This document shows, piece after piece, positions 25,635-38,785 of a DNA stretch of 64,000 nt; position 1 is the first letter of the stretch, and the number at the start of each line of letters is the position of its first letter. The notes under the pieces were generated by a model that worked only from the letters and a program-made list of their open reading frames with translations, was not told where the DNA came from and did not search any database. The stretch lies in NCBI GenBank assembly GCA_030264375.1, contig JASCQW010000122.1:37232195-37296194 (forward strand), given 5' to 3'. Origin of the DNA: Carcharhinus longimanus (lineage: Eukaryota). A program made the position numbers and the translations under genes.

Positions 25635-25797
25635 CATAGAATCCCTACAGTACAGAAGGAGACCATTTGGCCCATCAAGTCTGCCCCGACCACATTCCCA
25701 CCCAGGCCCTATTCCCGTAACCCTCATTTACCCTGCTAATCCCCCTGACACTAGGATCAATTTAACCTGGCAAATCAACCTAACCCGCACATCTTTG
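25635..25797 (-). mobile_element. 5'-truncated HE1-like SINE, type A tail
   Basis: catagaatccctacagtacagaagg...caacctaacccgcacatcttt. Confidence 0.8.
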
Positions 25798-25854
25798 CAA
25801 GTATGACTGCAGTTTTTTTTTCTAACCATCAAAAGTGATGATTTTTTTTGTTAA

Positions 25855-26108
25855 CAGGCGTCTGGCCTTCATAGCAAGGGGGATTGAATATAAAAGTAGG
25901 GAGGTCTTGCTGCGGCTGTATAGGGCATTGGTGAGGCCNNNNNNNNNNNNNNNNNNNNNNNNNNNNNNNNNNNNNNNNNNNNNNNNNNNNNNNNNNNNNN
26001 NNNNNNNNNNNNNNNNNNNNNNNNNNNNNNNNNNNNNNTATTGAATGGCGGGGCAGGCTCGAAGGGCTAGATGGCCTACTCCTGCTCCTATTTCTTATGT
26101 TCTTATGT
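25855..26108 (+). mobile_element. CR1 LINE 3' portion, interrupted by an N gap
   Basis: LAFIARGIEYKSREVLLRLYRALVR, then gap, then tail atggcctactcctgctcctatttcttatgttcttatg. Confidence 0.85.
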
Positions 26109-26284
26109 TTTTTTCCACACTTTGAAATGTTGAAAATTCGATTAAATAATCTTTCTCTTCTGTACTATTTTAGGAATTAAGTGATTTTTTAAAAAATAAT
26201 TCAGCATTGGGCCATTACGTAAAGCATCACATTTTGAGCATTTCAATAAGTTTCTTTTGTTTACAAAAATAACGTTTTTTAAGA

Positions 26285-26540
26285 AGTTTTTTTCATTCAT
26301 GTCACATTAACACAGCAATGAAGTTACTGTGAAAATCCCCAAATCGCACACTCAGGCATCTGTTCGGGTATACCAAGGGAGAATTTAGCATGGCCAATGC
26401 ACCTAACCAGCACATCTTTCAGACTCATATGCCCTGGGTCATGGGTTCAAGACACTTGAACACAGAATCTAGTATGACATTTCAATTAAGTACTGAGGGA
26501 ATGCTTCACTGTCAGAGGTGACATCTTTCTGATGAGCCAC
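26285..26540. mobile_element. Type B SINE 3' fragment (-) followed by a Deu-SINE fragment (+)
   Basis: gaagttactgtgaaaatcccc...cacatctttcagact, then gggttcaag...tactgagggaatgcttcactgtcagaggtg. Confidence 0.7.
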
Positions 26541-26947
26541 AGAACAACTAACTTTGTGACCCAACATTACTGCCTCCCAGACCCTGAAACACCATTCAAA
26601 GTGTTCATTTGAACCCAACGTTTATCCAATTACTGCCAAAAACCGTTTAAACCAATGCTAATGAATTAGTCTCTGGTAATAGTATTTAACAAATAAATCC
26701 TTTCTTATAGAACTTCCAACTGGTTATAGATAGCATCATGGGAAATTTTCTGATCCACAGCAGGCCTTGCAGTAAGTTCAAGGTCACAGTCTTGCAAATG
26801 GCAAAGGTTCCAAATTGGAGGAAGCTTCTAAGAGATCAGATTTATTTTTGATTTCCTTTATCACTGCATGAAAATTAATAAATCATTACCGTAGTAAATC
26901 TGTTTCTCTATAATCATTATTTAAAAGTTTGTGGTATAAAAAAAACA

Positions 26948-27188
26948 ACTGCATAACCACTTACAAATATATTATAAATATACAATAACAGTAACCATTT
27001 ATATAAATATACAACTACAGTAACCATGTATAATGTATATTATAAATATACATTATAAATGTACTAGGTAATAATTAACAATTATAAATATACAACTGCA
27101 GTAACCACTTAGAAATATTTTATAAATATACATTATAAATGTACAAAGGCAGGAACTACTTACAAATACAAATATATTATAAACCATA
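26948..27188. repeat. AT-rich degenerate minisatellite
   Basis: Recurring units such as attataaatatacaactacagtaaccat and tattataaatatacattataaatgtac. Confidence 0.8.
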
Positions 27189-28122
27189 AAGTTTCCACTT
27201 TAAGATTTGTTATTTGCCTAAGATGCTGCAAACAGTTCTCAGCTCATGTAACTGAATTACTCTTTCCAGGAAAATTACCTCAGAAAAAGTTGATCAGTTT
27301 GAGTTTTGCTCTGATTAAAATGACCAAGGGTAAAATGAATTAGTATTTTTGGAATATGCTTTGCCACTTGGGAATAGGAATTGGAGAATTGGGACCATTG
27401 TGTTTCTTGCTTTGTCTCCAACCTGGGCTTCCATCTAGCAAAGCATCACTCTGGGATTGCAGCTTTGCAGAATCTGCCATGCTACATCATACTTTACCTT
27501 ACAGATCTCTGGGCTTCTCCCCCCACACTGCGAGGAGACATAGTTGATGGTAGCAGGTTCTGGCAAGCTAACTGCTTTCTGGAGCCAAGGTGAAAAGAGG
27601 AGGAACTCAACATGTTTGACAAGGCCAGTAGCCAACCAGGAAACATCAAGGGATTTGCACAGAAAAATTAGCAAAGCCCAGCCAAATATTGTGAGGTCCA
27701 ATCAAGGATTCCAGGTTGAATGTTTGACAACATCTGGAATTGATTTAATTGCTTCAACTTCTTCTATTTGCAAAACATGCTGCTGGCAAAATTTGTAGCT
27801 TCTTGAAATTATTGCTGAATGGTTTTCACTTGCTGCCCGCTGAATGCTACCTTGCTTAGCTGTTCAGGTGTGATTTGGTGCTGCCTTAGGAATATGGAAT
27901 CTGAGCTGATCAACTGCAAGTGTGACAGAAACACACTTACGTGGTACAAGACATGACACGTGGGGTATGCTGGTAACAGACATGCATCGAAGGAAGAATT
28001 AGGTTAAATGTTTCTATAGATGCAGCTTGCTTTTGGTTGTGAGAAAACACTATATATCATATTATTTTCCAAATACATTGCATAAACCAGTGTTGAATAA
28101 AACTTTTGTGTTTCTTTTGCAG

Positions 28123-28186
28123 GCATTAGGAAATCTTTACTTTCTTCACGAGTCTTTGAAAAATACCTATCAGTTTGATTTTAAAG
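28123..28186 (+). CDS. INPP5A: INPP5A internal coding exon (64 nt), ALGNLYFLHESLKNTYQFDFK + G
   Basis: Acceptor tttcttttgcag and donor AAG|gtaacc. Translation matches recalled human INPP5A ALGSFYFLHESLKNIYQFDFK. The terminal G joins CT of the next exon to give Ala. Confidence 0.95.
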
Positions 28187-28434
28187 GTAACCTTTACGTA
28201 ACTATTTATTAAAAGATTACAAATAGTGGGCCCAATTCTATATTCATCATTTAAGTTAATGCAACTGTTGACTCTTGTGTTGTATTTGGGCATCAAATTA
28301 AGTGCATTAGTGCTTTTAAGCATATATTTACTTCTGATACATTTGCCTCATTGTGGAACAGCATGAAACAATCGCTGTTTAAAGCACAAATACATTGCAT
28401 TGCTCACAGACGGTCACGAACATTTAAGATTACA

Positions 28435-28810
28435 GGCATCACTGGCAAGGCCAGCATTTATTGCCCTTCCCTAATTGCCCTTGAAAGGTGGTGGTGAGCC
28501 ACCTACTTGAATACAACTGCATGCTTCGCTTGGCCATTTTAAGAGGGCAGTAAACTTCTACCACATTGCTATGGGGCTGGAATCAAATGTAGGCCGGACA
28601 GGGTGAGGCAGCAAATTTTCTTCTCAAGGGACATTAATGAGCCCGATGTGTTTTTACAATAGAATCTGGCTTCATAGTGATCACTACCAATGCTAGATAT
28701 TTAATCCAGATTTAATTAATTAATTGAATTCAGATTCTCAGCTGTCATGGTGGGCTGTAAACTAGTGTCTCTAGATCATGAATCCATCACCATGACCACA
28801 ATGCCACCCA
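28435..28810 (-). mobile_element. 3' end of a LINE, same family as 37520-38200, plus adjacent repeat
   Basis: ggcatcactggcaaggccagcatttattgccc...ccttgaaaggtggtggtgagc resembles the reverse complement of the 38150-38200 tail and is homologous to 53090-53270. Confidence 0.65.
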
Positions 28811-29058
28811 CACCTCCCCACCACACTCACGCCCGCCTCCCCCCCCCAACATACTTGTATTTTATGAAACAAAATTTTGTGTATGGAGAATTATTTTTTA
28901 AAATGAGTAAGCAGAATTCCTGAGCCTGTTGTCCAGCAGGGATTATAAATCCTCAAATATCTCAAAAAATGTTTTATTGAAAAAAAGTCTATGCTTATGG
29001 TGTTTGGGAAGTGCCTTAAGCTCCAAAGCAACAGTAGTGATGAATATTTGTGACAATA

Positions 29059-30340
29059 GGGCCTCGATTTCCCCCAAACTGGGACTGAGTGCGTGCGCCA
29101 GTGGGAAAACAGGAGAGTTTCCTGCTGGAGTTGACTGTGTCTTTCAGGTGAGATTCACCCAACTAAAAGATGTTAATGAGTTAGTTTCGAGCAATTCAGT
29201 GGCCAGACCAATTGTTCAGAAACTGGGCTGTCTTTCTCAAAGGGCACCCTGATCTTTGCGTTCAGAGATAGGATCCCCTCCCACCAAAAAAATGAAATGA
29301 TGACCCCCCCCCGTATCTCCCCACTGACCAGGAGAACACCACATCACACCCTCTACCCCCAACCCACAAATAACGGTAAAACCTCCTGACACTACGCCAG
29401 TGACCCAGCCCTTCCTTCTCAGCTCTACTCCCTCCTCAGACACCCCACTCAGGCCCCCTCCCCCAGCCCCACCNNNNNNNNNNNNNNNNNNNNNNNNNNN
29501 NNNNNNNNNNNNNNNNNNNNNNNNNNNNNNNNNNNNNNNNNNNNNNNNNNNNNNNNNNNNNNNNNNNNNNNNNCTCAGGCACTCTACCCACTCAGAAGCC
29601 CCACTCAGCCCTCCCCCCCACTCCCCCTTGATCTGTAACAAATTCAACATTCAGTGTCTTGAAAAAGACTCCATTGACAGCTGGGTGGATTCCTGTTCCA
29701 GCCACCTGTGTTTATTTTTATTTCCCTTCACACTTGAATGGATTTCTAGTACTCCATCGATCCTGACCACAATGTTGACAGCCGGCAGCAGCAGAGAGGG
29801 GTAAATGGCTACTGAATCTACCTCCGAGCCTCCTAGGTGCCCAAGGCACCAGGCCAGCATGTCAGTGCTGGGGTGTCAGGGGACAGTGTACCATTGGCAT
29901 TGACAAGGCACATGAGGAAGGGAAGCTGAGTGGAGGGGGTTTGAGGGTTTTAAGTAGGGTGTTCAGATCAGAAAAACCTCATGCCTGCAGGGTGTGAGGG
30001 AAGGTGCCTCTCATTGCCAAGGGTTTGGTGCTGCTTCCTGGATTCTCAGAGTCCAGCACACCATGTTCTGGTTTATGAGAACCCACACCAAAGCCTACCC
30101 AATGAAGATGCCGCTGGCGAGGCAGGTGAATAATAGGAGGGTTTTGAATCAAGCTTCATGCCTTCTAATTATATGTTATCTGGCCAATTTGAATATTTAT
30201 TGTGGGCGGGAACCCAATTGGCATCAGTGGGGTGGGTTGGGCACATCACTATGGATTTGGCAGCAGACACCAACCCCATTTTTTCCCCCCCAATGCCCAA
30301 TTCTTTTGGCCACCATGATTCTCACTGGGAGAATTCCCCC
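29059..30340. mobile_element. Non-autonomous Harbinger-like element with terminal inverted repeats and a C-rich interior
   Basis: Begins gggcctcgatttccccc and ends gggagaattccccc, similar to the TIRs at 46624/47863 and 52642/52755. Confidence 0.45.
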
Positions 30341-32202
30341 ACTACACAAAAGCATTAGGTTGCACAGTTACACTGGGGACCTGCATCTCATTTAAAAATG
30401 TTATATGCCCTGCAGTTATTCCATTGCGTAGTGTTTTTATGACTATAAAATTAAGTTATAAACTATTAGCTTCATTTCTTTGTCACTGACATGTATTTCT
30501 GCTTCTGAACACAGTGCACATTTAAGCTTACTGTATTGCCACTTCTATATTAAATTACCATATTTAGGCAAATAGGGACATTTACTTTTATTGCTCTATT
30601 GATTTAGGAATAATCTACTAACAGATTATTGATATAGACAGAATTGACTTCTCATCCACTCCCAGCAGATAACACCGCAGATCAGGACCCAATATTTGAC
30701 TGTGTAGTTGTGTTGCAAAACGAACAAATTTTCCAGTTCATTGTTGGGTGTATAGAATGAAATCAATACTGAATGTTTGATACCTCCCATTCACTACTGT
30801 ATCTTACATAACATCACATTTTGTGTGATCAAGTATTTACCCTACTGTAACCCTTCACATTCTTCAAGGTCTGAATTTTTCCAGGGAAGTTGAAGCCCCC
30901 ACCACAGGGTACAGCAGTGGGAACCGGCCCTGCCCCAGCAGGCAGCAGCACCCTGGGGGCGACAGCCGATTGATCAGAGGGCCAGCAGCCAGATGCCATG
31001 CCACCATGAGTGGTGGTGCCTTGGGTACAAGGATGATGATTGCTGGCGAGGGTCTGTCTATGGCCCATAGAACACCCATTGTGGAGCCACTTCTGCCTTC
31101 TGAGAGAGCACCAGGGATTTACCTGCTGATTCCACCCCCACCCCCCACATGATGGCAGGCACTCCTGATGTGGAGCAAAATGCCTGTGGAGGCAGGAAGG
31201 GGCCGTTAATTGGCTCACTGCGTGGCTTATTTGATTGCCCAATGAGTGGCTGCATCACCACTGCTCACAATATGCCATGGTGGCAGGCGGATGTTGGACT
31301 CCCCTCCTGATGTTTCCCCTGTCATATTGCCATCCCTCATATCTCCCAGCTTATTGCCATTGGGCTGGGGAAACTCAACCTGAAGACCTGTACCAGAATG
31401 CCCCGTAGCCTTTTCAACCTTTTTAGCCTTAGCCTTTTTAGAAAAAGATTCTAATTTCTCAAGCCCCTTCTGATCACAGTGGTTTCCAATCCACGGTAAC
31501 ATCCTAGTGAATCTGGAATCAAAACCAAGTATTTGTTTGTCTTTTTGATTGGCATATCTACTGTGGCTGGTAACTAATGACCTGTCCATTTGCAGTCCAA
31601 CTCCCCTCTGTACCACAGGAGGTCTCTGGGTAGACGATGTCACCAAATTCATAATTAACCCTAATTGTGAAATTCCAAATCTTGTGTTGCTTAAATTTGT
31701 ACAATAACTGAACCTATTCAGACATTCAGTGGTATTGCCATCACTGAATTCCTCACTATCAACATCCTGGGAGTTACCACTGACAAAAAACTCAATGGAC
31801 GAGCCATAAATACCTAATCTTACCCAAAAGGCCTCTTTCTCATGCTTTCCCAGACCTCATTCCCTCTAACCCATAAGTTGCAGCACGTCCTCCAGCTGCT
31901 ATAATGCACCTCACCTTTTAAGTGACTCTGACTCATCATGGTATTGACCGCCTGTTTTGTGTTCAGCTAATCAACAGTTGAAATCATTGAAATAAGTTGG
32001 CTGCATTCAGTTGGCATACAGCCAATCAATAAATACAGGCTGATTGTACATCACAACAACTGTGTGCCTGCTTTCGGGGGGCTATCTAATTTAGCTTCTT
32101 TAGCCCTTTATCAGTATGGTATTTTGAGCCAATCATGATTTCCTTCCTGGGATGTGATTCCTAAAGTATGCTGCTGGAAGTGTAATGACCTCTTTTAAAG
32201 AC

Positions 32203-32518
32203 TGGGTGGCACAGTGGTTAGCACTGCTGCTTCACAATGCCAAGGGCCCGGGCTCGATTCCGGCCTCCGGTAACTGTCTGTGTGGGGATTACATATTCTC
32301 ACTGTGTTTGCGTGGGATTCTTCTAGGTGCTTCGGTTTCCTCCCAAAGTTCCAGAGATGGAAAAGTTGGTTTATTGGCCATGTTAAATTACCCTTAGTGT
32401 CAGGGAAATTAGCAAGGTACAAATGTGGGGTAACAGGGATAGGGCCTGGGTGGGATTGTTGTTGGTGAAGGCTCGATGTGCCAAATGGCCTCCTTCTGCA
32501 CTGTAAGGATTCTATGAT
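32203..32518 (+). mobile_element. HE1-like SINE, type A tail
   Basis: gggtggcacagtggttagcactgctgc...ggattctatgat. Confidence 0.9.
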
Positions 32519-33092
32519 ACCCGACTTGATGCATACGACTAACAAGAACTGTTCTGTGTACTGATTTATCGGGAAAGAAGGGAATATTGCAATAAGGCTT
32601 TCCAAACTTCATGCAAGGAAAAATCCAACTCGTAGCTTAAAATGAAACTAATCCCACTTAGAGGAAGTTTCTGCATTGTGTCGTTACCCTGGCTGTAACT
32701 TTGGCTGAGATTTCATTTGCATGTTCTGCCAACTTTCTGCCAAAGTTGCAAAAGAGGAATGGGGGAGCCTTGGAGGAATTTCTTGGCGATTGTGGAGAGG
32801 AAAATTCTCCTCCCAACTCTGCACTTGCAGAGGATTGCCTTTTAATAGTAAGAGCGACTGGTGATATTTGTTAAAACAAGGATCAATGAGAGAATGTGTG
32901 GAGCTGATTCAAACTAAGTAGCAGGATGATACTTACAAACACCTATATCTTTAAAAGGTTTTTTAGCACCATGGGCAACTTGCAGAATCAGTGTTAAATG
33001 TTGTGATGAGAACAATCAGTCATACTGTTCTTTAAAATAATAGCTTTTTATTGGATGTAATTCAATTTATTTGTTTTTTTTCTCCCTTCAAG

Positions 33093-33196
33093 CTAAAAAG
33101 TACAAAAAAGTAACAGGTAAAGAAATCTACTCAGAAACGTTAGAAAGCACACCTATGCTGGAAAAGGAGAAATTTCCACAAGATTACTTCCCTGAG
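33093..33196 (+). CDS. INPP5A: INPP5A internal coding exon (104 nt), (A)KKYKKVTGKEIYSETLESTPMLEKEKFPQDYFPE
   Basis: Long pyrimidine tract ending ttcaag, donor GAG|gtaagc. Near-identical to recalled human AKKYRKVAGKEIYSDTLESTPMLEKEKFPQDYFPE. Phase is compatible with both neighbouring exons. Confidence 0.96.
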
Positions 33197-36100
33197 GTAA
33201 GCTGTACAGACTTTTGCAACCCAAAGTCAAGTTGCACATTTTTAAAGGTTTATCATTGTTGCTGTACCATTGCGAAATCATGTAATTCAACAGCCTGTCA
33301 AATAAATGATTTGCTCAACAAGTTGGAGTTTGGGATGGATCACTGACGCGAATCATTTTTATGCAAAATGCCTATGGGGGCAGGAAGGGGCCCTTAATTG
33401 GCTCACTGACGCTCCCCTTGCTTTTGTTCAGCGAATTATTTTCACTCTTACAATTGGGATGTTTAGCTTTAAATTTAGGGTCAACAAAGGGGGTCAAATG
33501 ATCTGTTTAACCTCTACCTGACCTTAAACATTGGCTGATTTGATTATTAGAGATCAAATGAAAGTTTAGGTTTCTTTGCTAAGAGGAAGATGCAAGGTAT
33601 TTGTGTTTGGAAACAATGGCAATATTCTCTGGTTTCGCAATAAGCAGATTCTGAGTCTGCTAAAGTCCCAGAAAGGTGCTGAAGGTATCGGAGCTGTAAA
33701 CAGTTGTGCTGTAGACTGTCTATTTACTTCTAAGATGGAAAAGGAGTTGGGATCAAAGAACAATATATAGCATTTCTACATGAATGTAAGCGGGGGCGGG
33801 GGTTAACATTTTTCAAGTTGCCTTGCAGACAAAAGCAGAAGAAGCTACTTTGGAGATCAGGTTACAGGCTTCCCTACAAACCAATGAATACCATCAAACA
33901 GGCAACATAGTTTAGCAGAGAGGAAAGGCTATTTTTTTTTGAGCTCCTGAGAGGGAGAGTGTTTCTAGTCAAAGAAATATATCCTGCAGTCTTCTCTGGA
34001 TTGTGGGAGATATAGTTGAGGAGGGGAGATTGGAGGGTAGGGGGGTGGGTGGCGAGGTGGTGGTGAGGACCATTACTGGACAGGCATTACTGCTGGTAAA
34101 GGATCTAGGAAACTCTCCAAAACTGAGTAAAGCACCAGGAGATGGTCTCTTGAAGATGCTTCTCAGGGAAAGACGGATGCAGAGACTCATTGGAAGCAAG
34201 AACAACTGTTTGCTAAAAGGACTGTAATTCTTTGGAGAGTGTGATGTATGCTAAGTATAAATTTTACGAGGGGAATGTTCCTTTTCTGCAGATTAAAGAA
34301 AAAGTTAGCTACAAAAAGAAAATAGTAGTGAGCCAAAAATATTTTCATTTGCGTACAATGAATGTTTTAAAGTGGGAAATCTTGCCGTAATATTCTTCCA
34401 GCTGGTAACTACAAGCCTGAATCATTTTTAAAAAGTTATTGGTCTCCAAGGAGATTGGAGCATAATTGATCTTTCGGCTCCTAATTCCGTTGTGTTAGTT
34501 TGGACAACGAAGCCGAGTAACAATAAAAATGTTTTTAAAAAATTGATGGCACTCGAGCCCACAGTGAACTGAGGTCATGTGACATAATTAACATTACTTC
34601 TGGGTCATGAAATAACTCACAGCAGCATAGCTGGAGAGACCACACGTGCGATGGCATGTGTATATAGTGAACGCAGAGACAGTATTTGTTTCTTTGCTTA
34701 TATCTTTGCTCTGGCTAATTGAAATCTGGAGTGGATATGCTTCAATAACTTAGGCTCTGTATCCTTTCTTTGCCAATTAGGTTTGTTACAAAGCCTTCCC
34801 CATTATGCTTTTAAAAATTGTCCCAAAATCTCTTGCATCATCTTAAAGTACTATATAAATCAAAGCCTGTCTTATTATGTTTGATAATTTAATATTGCTT
34901 TCAGTAATGTAAATAAGACAGAATAATTGTAACTGGTAAATATATCAGACAGAGAACACCACTCTCCATCTTAGTAATAACCAGTACCATTCTGCAACTG
35001 ACATATATGCAAACGATCCTCTCAATTGGTTTAAGACTGATTTCTTTCTCTTTATTACTGCCGCTTAAAGATGATCTAAAAGTAATTACATTGATTGAGG
35101 TATAATGCAATCCAAAATAATTACAATTCACTGCATATAAAACTAACAAAACTTTTCATGGTGATTTATTGTACCTCTTGGCTGTATATGAATCTCAAAT
35201 GATGCCTTTGGGACCAGCACTTGAGATAATGTTAGGCTATTTAAAAAGAACAGATTTGTGTAGTCTATCAGACCTGAATAATTTTTGCCAGTAGTGAGAA
35301 ATTGGTTGTTATCATACATCATAGATACTGCTCAAAGCTCTTATGAAAGATGAATTAATTTCACTAATGCTTTAATGTGAACCTTTCATGAACAAAGCTG
35401 CACGGGGACAACCTTGTAGGGGTCTTGAGTTTCTCAATAGTGATTTATGTCATCTTTTAATAAAGGAAACAGCTTGTATATAATCCATCTGCTGTGCAAA
35501 GAAGGAATACTGACTTGCAGTACATAGGATTTTCACTTCCATTTTTATTTAACACGGCAGACTGATGAAAGGCTTCAAGGAAGACTAATACAAGCCCAGT
35601 TTACACTCAGCGTTGCTAAATTGATTGGTAATTCCAGCTTCAAATTATACCGAGCCCCTTCTCCACCTCCCCCCCTCAGCAATTGCCATCAGAAAGATGG
35701 ATTATATGAGGAGAGCTACTGAACAAACATTTGCGGGGCCATTTCTCTGCATCAACTTTGAATGTTTTACGAAATTGAGGAAGAAGTGAAAAGATTAATT
35801 TAGATCTCAGATTTGTCAGTTCAGTTGTAATTCTATAACAGGCCAGCACAAGCTTCAGATCCAGAAGGATTTCTTTTCTGTGATTTCTTTCTTGGGTACC
35901 ACACAGTGCATTGTTTCATGGTTTGGACAGCCAAAAAGCTTTGATTTAATGTTTATTAACTATCTCAGTAACCATTAGGAGGCACATGAGTAAAGCTATG
36001 ACTGTCTTGCCTTTCAGTTTTCTTTTTTTTTACTATTTTGTTAATATACGGGAGCATTTACACGTTGCTCACTATGATTGCCTGGTCAAAAGTAGCTGGT

Positions 36101-36270
36101 GTGAAAACTGCTGCGGGGAACATTATCCTGTCGTTCCTTGCACAGTGCAATATTGCAACTTCTGTTTTAATGGTTGGATAGTCAGCGCCATTGGAGAAAA
36201 GGGCAGCCAGGAGATGCTAGGTTGCTTATATATGTATGTGTATATGTATGCATGTGTGCAGAATGGGGAG

Positions 36271-36605
36271 GGGTGGCACAGAGGTTAGCACTGCTGCCTC
36301 ACATTGCCAGAGACCCAGGTTCGATTCCCGGTTTGGGTCACTGTCTGTGTGTAGTTTGCACATTCTCCCCGTGCCTGGGTGAGTTTCCTCCGGGTGCTCT
36401 GGTTTCCTCCCACAGTCCAAAGATGCGTGGATTAGGTGCATTGGCCATGCCAAATTGACCCTTGGTGTCCTGGGATGTGTAGGTTAGACAGATTAGTGGG
36501 GTAAATGTGTGGAGTTGTAGGGATTGGGCCTGGCGTGGGGTTGTTGTCAATGCAGACTCGATAGGCCAAATGATCTCTTTCTGCACTCTGGGGTTTCTAT
36601 GATCT
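36271..36605 (+). mobile_element. HE1-like SINE, type A tail
   Basis: Full head (ggttcgattccc B box), core and tail. Confidence 0.9.
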
Positions 36606-37519
36606 AAGTAGATAGGATCGTACTGACTCCATACCACCTGTTTGCCTGCTTGAGTTTCTATCCTTAATCTTGGTTGATGATATTTATGGATAGTCACATG
36701 TGAATGAGGAATTAATTACATGGTGATGCCAACCGTCCCATTTTGCATTATTTCCACTATACTTACGCTGAGCCTTAATTTATCAAATACAACTGCTCAC
36801 CAGGGTGGCAAAGGGCAATCTTGAAAGTGATAGTATTTTAAAGGAATATTCTTATTGAAACTTTACTGCACAATATTTTTTGCCCTGCGATTGCCATGTA
36901 CTTTCTCATCTGCCTATCTATTATTTGGTGAGGAGTTGCCATTTGTTTGATAACCCCAGCTCACCTCTCCATCCCACCACAGAGCATGTTGAACTCCATA
37001 TTGGGGATTTCAATATTTCCTTGTTTCTTTGGTAAAGAGGAGGAGAGAGAATGTACACCTGCCAGTACTTTCCAAGCTGGATATATAACTGTATTTAACA
37101 CAACAGCAATGTCTCTCAAAGCATCATTTTATGAAGGAGTCGTGCAATATGCTGCAAGACGAACTGATATCCTCCTCCAACATATATATGCTCTGCAGGC
37201 GGCTTTTGGATCACCACTACCCAGAACTTGGACAACAATTGGGGTCATCTATAACATGAACCAAGCAAGCTATGGCTGGAGCTAATAATCTCATCCTTCC
37301 CAATGGAAGACCATTGATGATGCAATAGAGTACTGTACTTATTGAAATACCGTGCTAGAAGAATGTCACCCATGAGGCTATACACACTCCTTTATTACTG
37401 TCCCTATGTATGCCTTTAGCAAAGGGCACCAACTGTTTGCAGCCAGTAGGAAATTATCCTACAAGTGCCTGCTCACTTCCCTGGGAGCTGGTACACTGCC
37501 TTTCTGATCAGAATGGACC

Positions 37520-38200
37520 ATGCCAGTGTGTGATGGCCAGGTCATGACCATCTCCAAAAAGGGAGAGTCCGACCATCATCTCTTCACATTCAATTCCATT
37601 GCTGAATCCGCCACCATCAACATCAAGAGGGTTACTGTTGACCAGAAGTTAAACTGGACTAATCATCGAAATACTGTGGCTACAAGAGCAGGCTTGAGGC
37701 TGGGAGTTCTGCTGCAAGTCACTCCCTCTCGACTCCTCATCTATAAGGCACATGTCAGGAGTGTAATGGAATATTGTCCACTTATCTGAATGAGTGTAAC
37801 CCCAACAATACTCAAGAAACTCAACGCCATCCAAAATAGAGCAACCTACTTGATTGACACCACAATAAACGTCACTGCTTCCAACGGCAGCACACAGCAG
37901 CAGCAGTGTTCACTGAGGCAGCAAGATGCATTAAAACAATTGATAAAGACTCCTTTGATAACCATTCCAAACCTATAATGTCTAGGGCAGCAGAAACATT
38001 AAAGAACACCACCACCTGCAAGCTCACTGAAAGCCACTCACCATCCTGGCTGGGAACTATATTGCCATATTTTCATTATTATTGGGTCAAAATCTTGGAA
38101 CTTCCTCCCTAACAGCACTGTTAGAGTACCTACACCAGATGGGCTGCAGCAGTTCAAGAAGGCAGCTCACCACCTCGAGGGCACTTGGGCAATGAATACT
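37520..38200 (+). mobile_element. LINE (CR1/L2 group) ORF2 3' end, decayed
   Basis: ORF track 37520 reads ...VTVDQKLNWTNHRNTVATRAGLRLGVL...IYKAHVRSVMEYCPL and 37790 reads ...KKLNAIQNRA, post-RT motifs of non-LTR retrotransposons. Confidence 0.8.
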
Positions 38201-38467
38201 GGTTTACTAAAATATTGGTTTACTGGTGCAGACAGGATGGGCTGAATGGCCTCTGCTGGCATTGTAACAATTCTGAGATTTTATGAAACCTTATTGAATG
38301 TGAATTGTGCCAGCAGTGCCACATATTGCTTGTTTCTCTGCAGTGACAAGTTCAGAGGAGGAAAAGATGAATAGTGGAATTGTTTCCCAAGGAGGAAAGC
38401 TCACAACATACCTGAGTTGGAAGTGTGACATGAGAAATTTTTGATATGGTTCACCGACAGTTTGTAA

Positions 38468-38785
38468 ATCATAGAATCCCTACAGTGCAGAAGGAGGCTA
38501 TGCAGTCCACCATTCCTGCATCACCAACAATCTCAGTAAGCCCTGTAATGTATTTACCCTACTTGTTCCCCTGACAATATCAGGCAATTTAGCATGGCCA
38601 GTGCACCTAACCCGTACGTCTTTGGAGTGTGGGAGGAAACCAGAGCACCTGAACGAAACCCACACAGACACAGAGGGAACGTGCAAACGCCCACAGATAG
38701 TCACCCAAGGCCGGATTTGAACCCGAGTCCCTGGTACTGAGGCAGCAGTGCTAACCACTGTGCCACCGTGCCACCATGCCACCCC
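38468..38785 (-). mobile_element. HE1-like SINE, type A tail
   Basis: atcatagaatccctacagtgcagaaggaggc...ctaaccactgtgccaccgtgcc. Confidence 0.88.

Noticed and set aside
26948-27188. CRISPR-like repeat array
   Set aside because: Low-complexity AT-rich minisatellite without unique spacers, in a eukaryotic context with no cas genes.
1-28000. Upstream INPP5A exons (…ELLSSDAMKEYNRARVYLDENYKSQEHFT)
   Set aside because: Not found by eye; probably upstream of the window. A tBLASTn would settle it.
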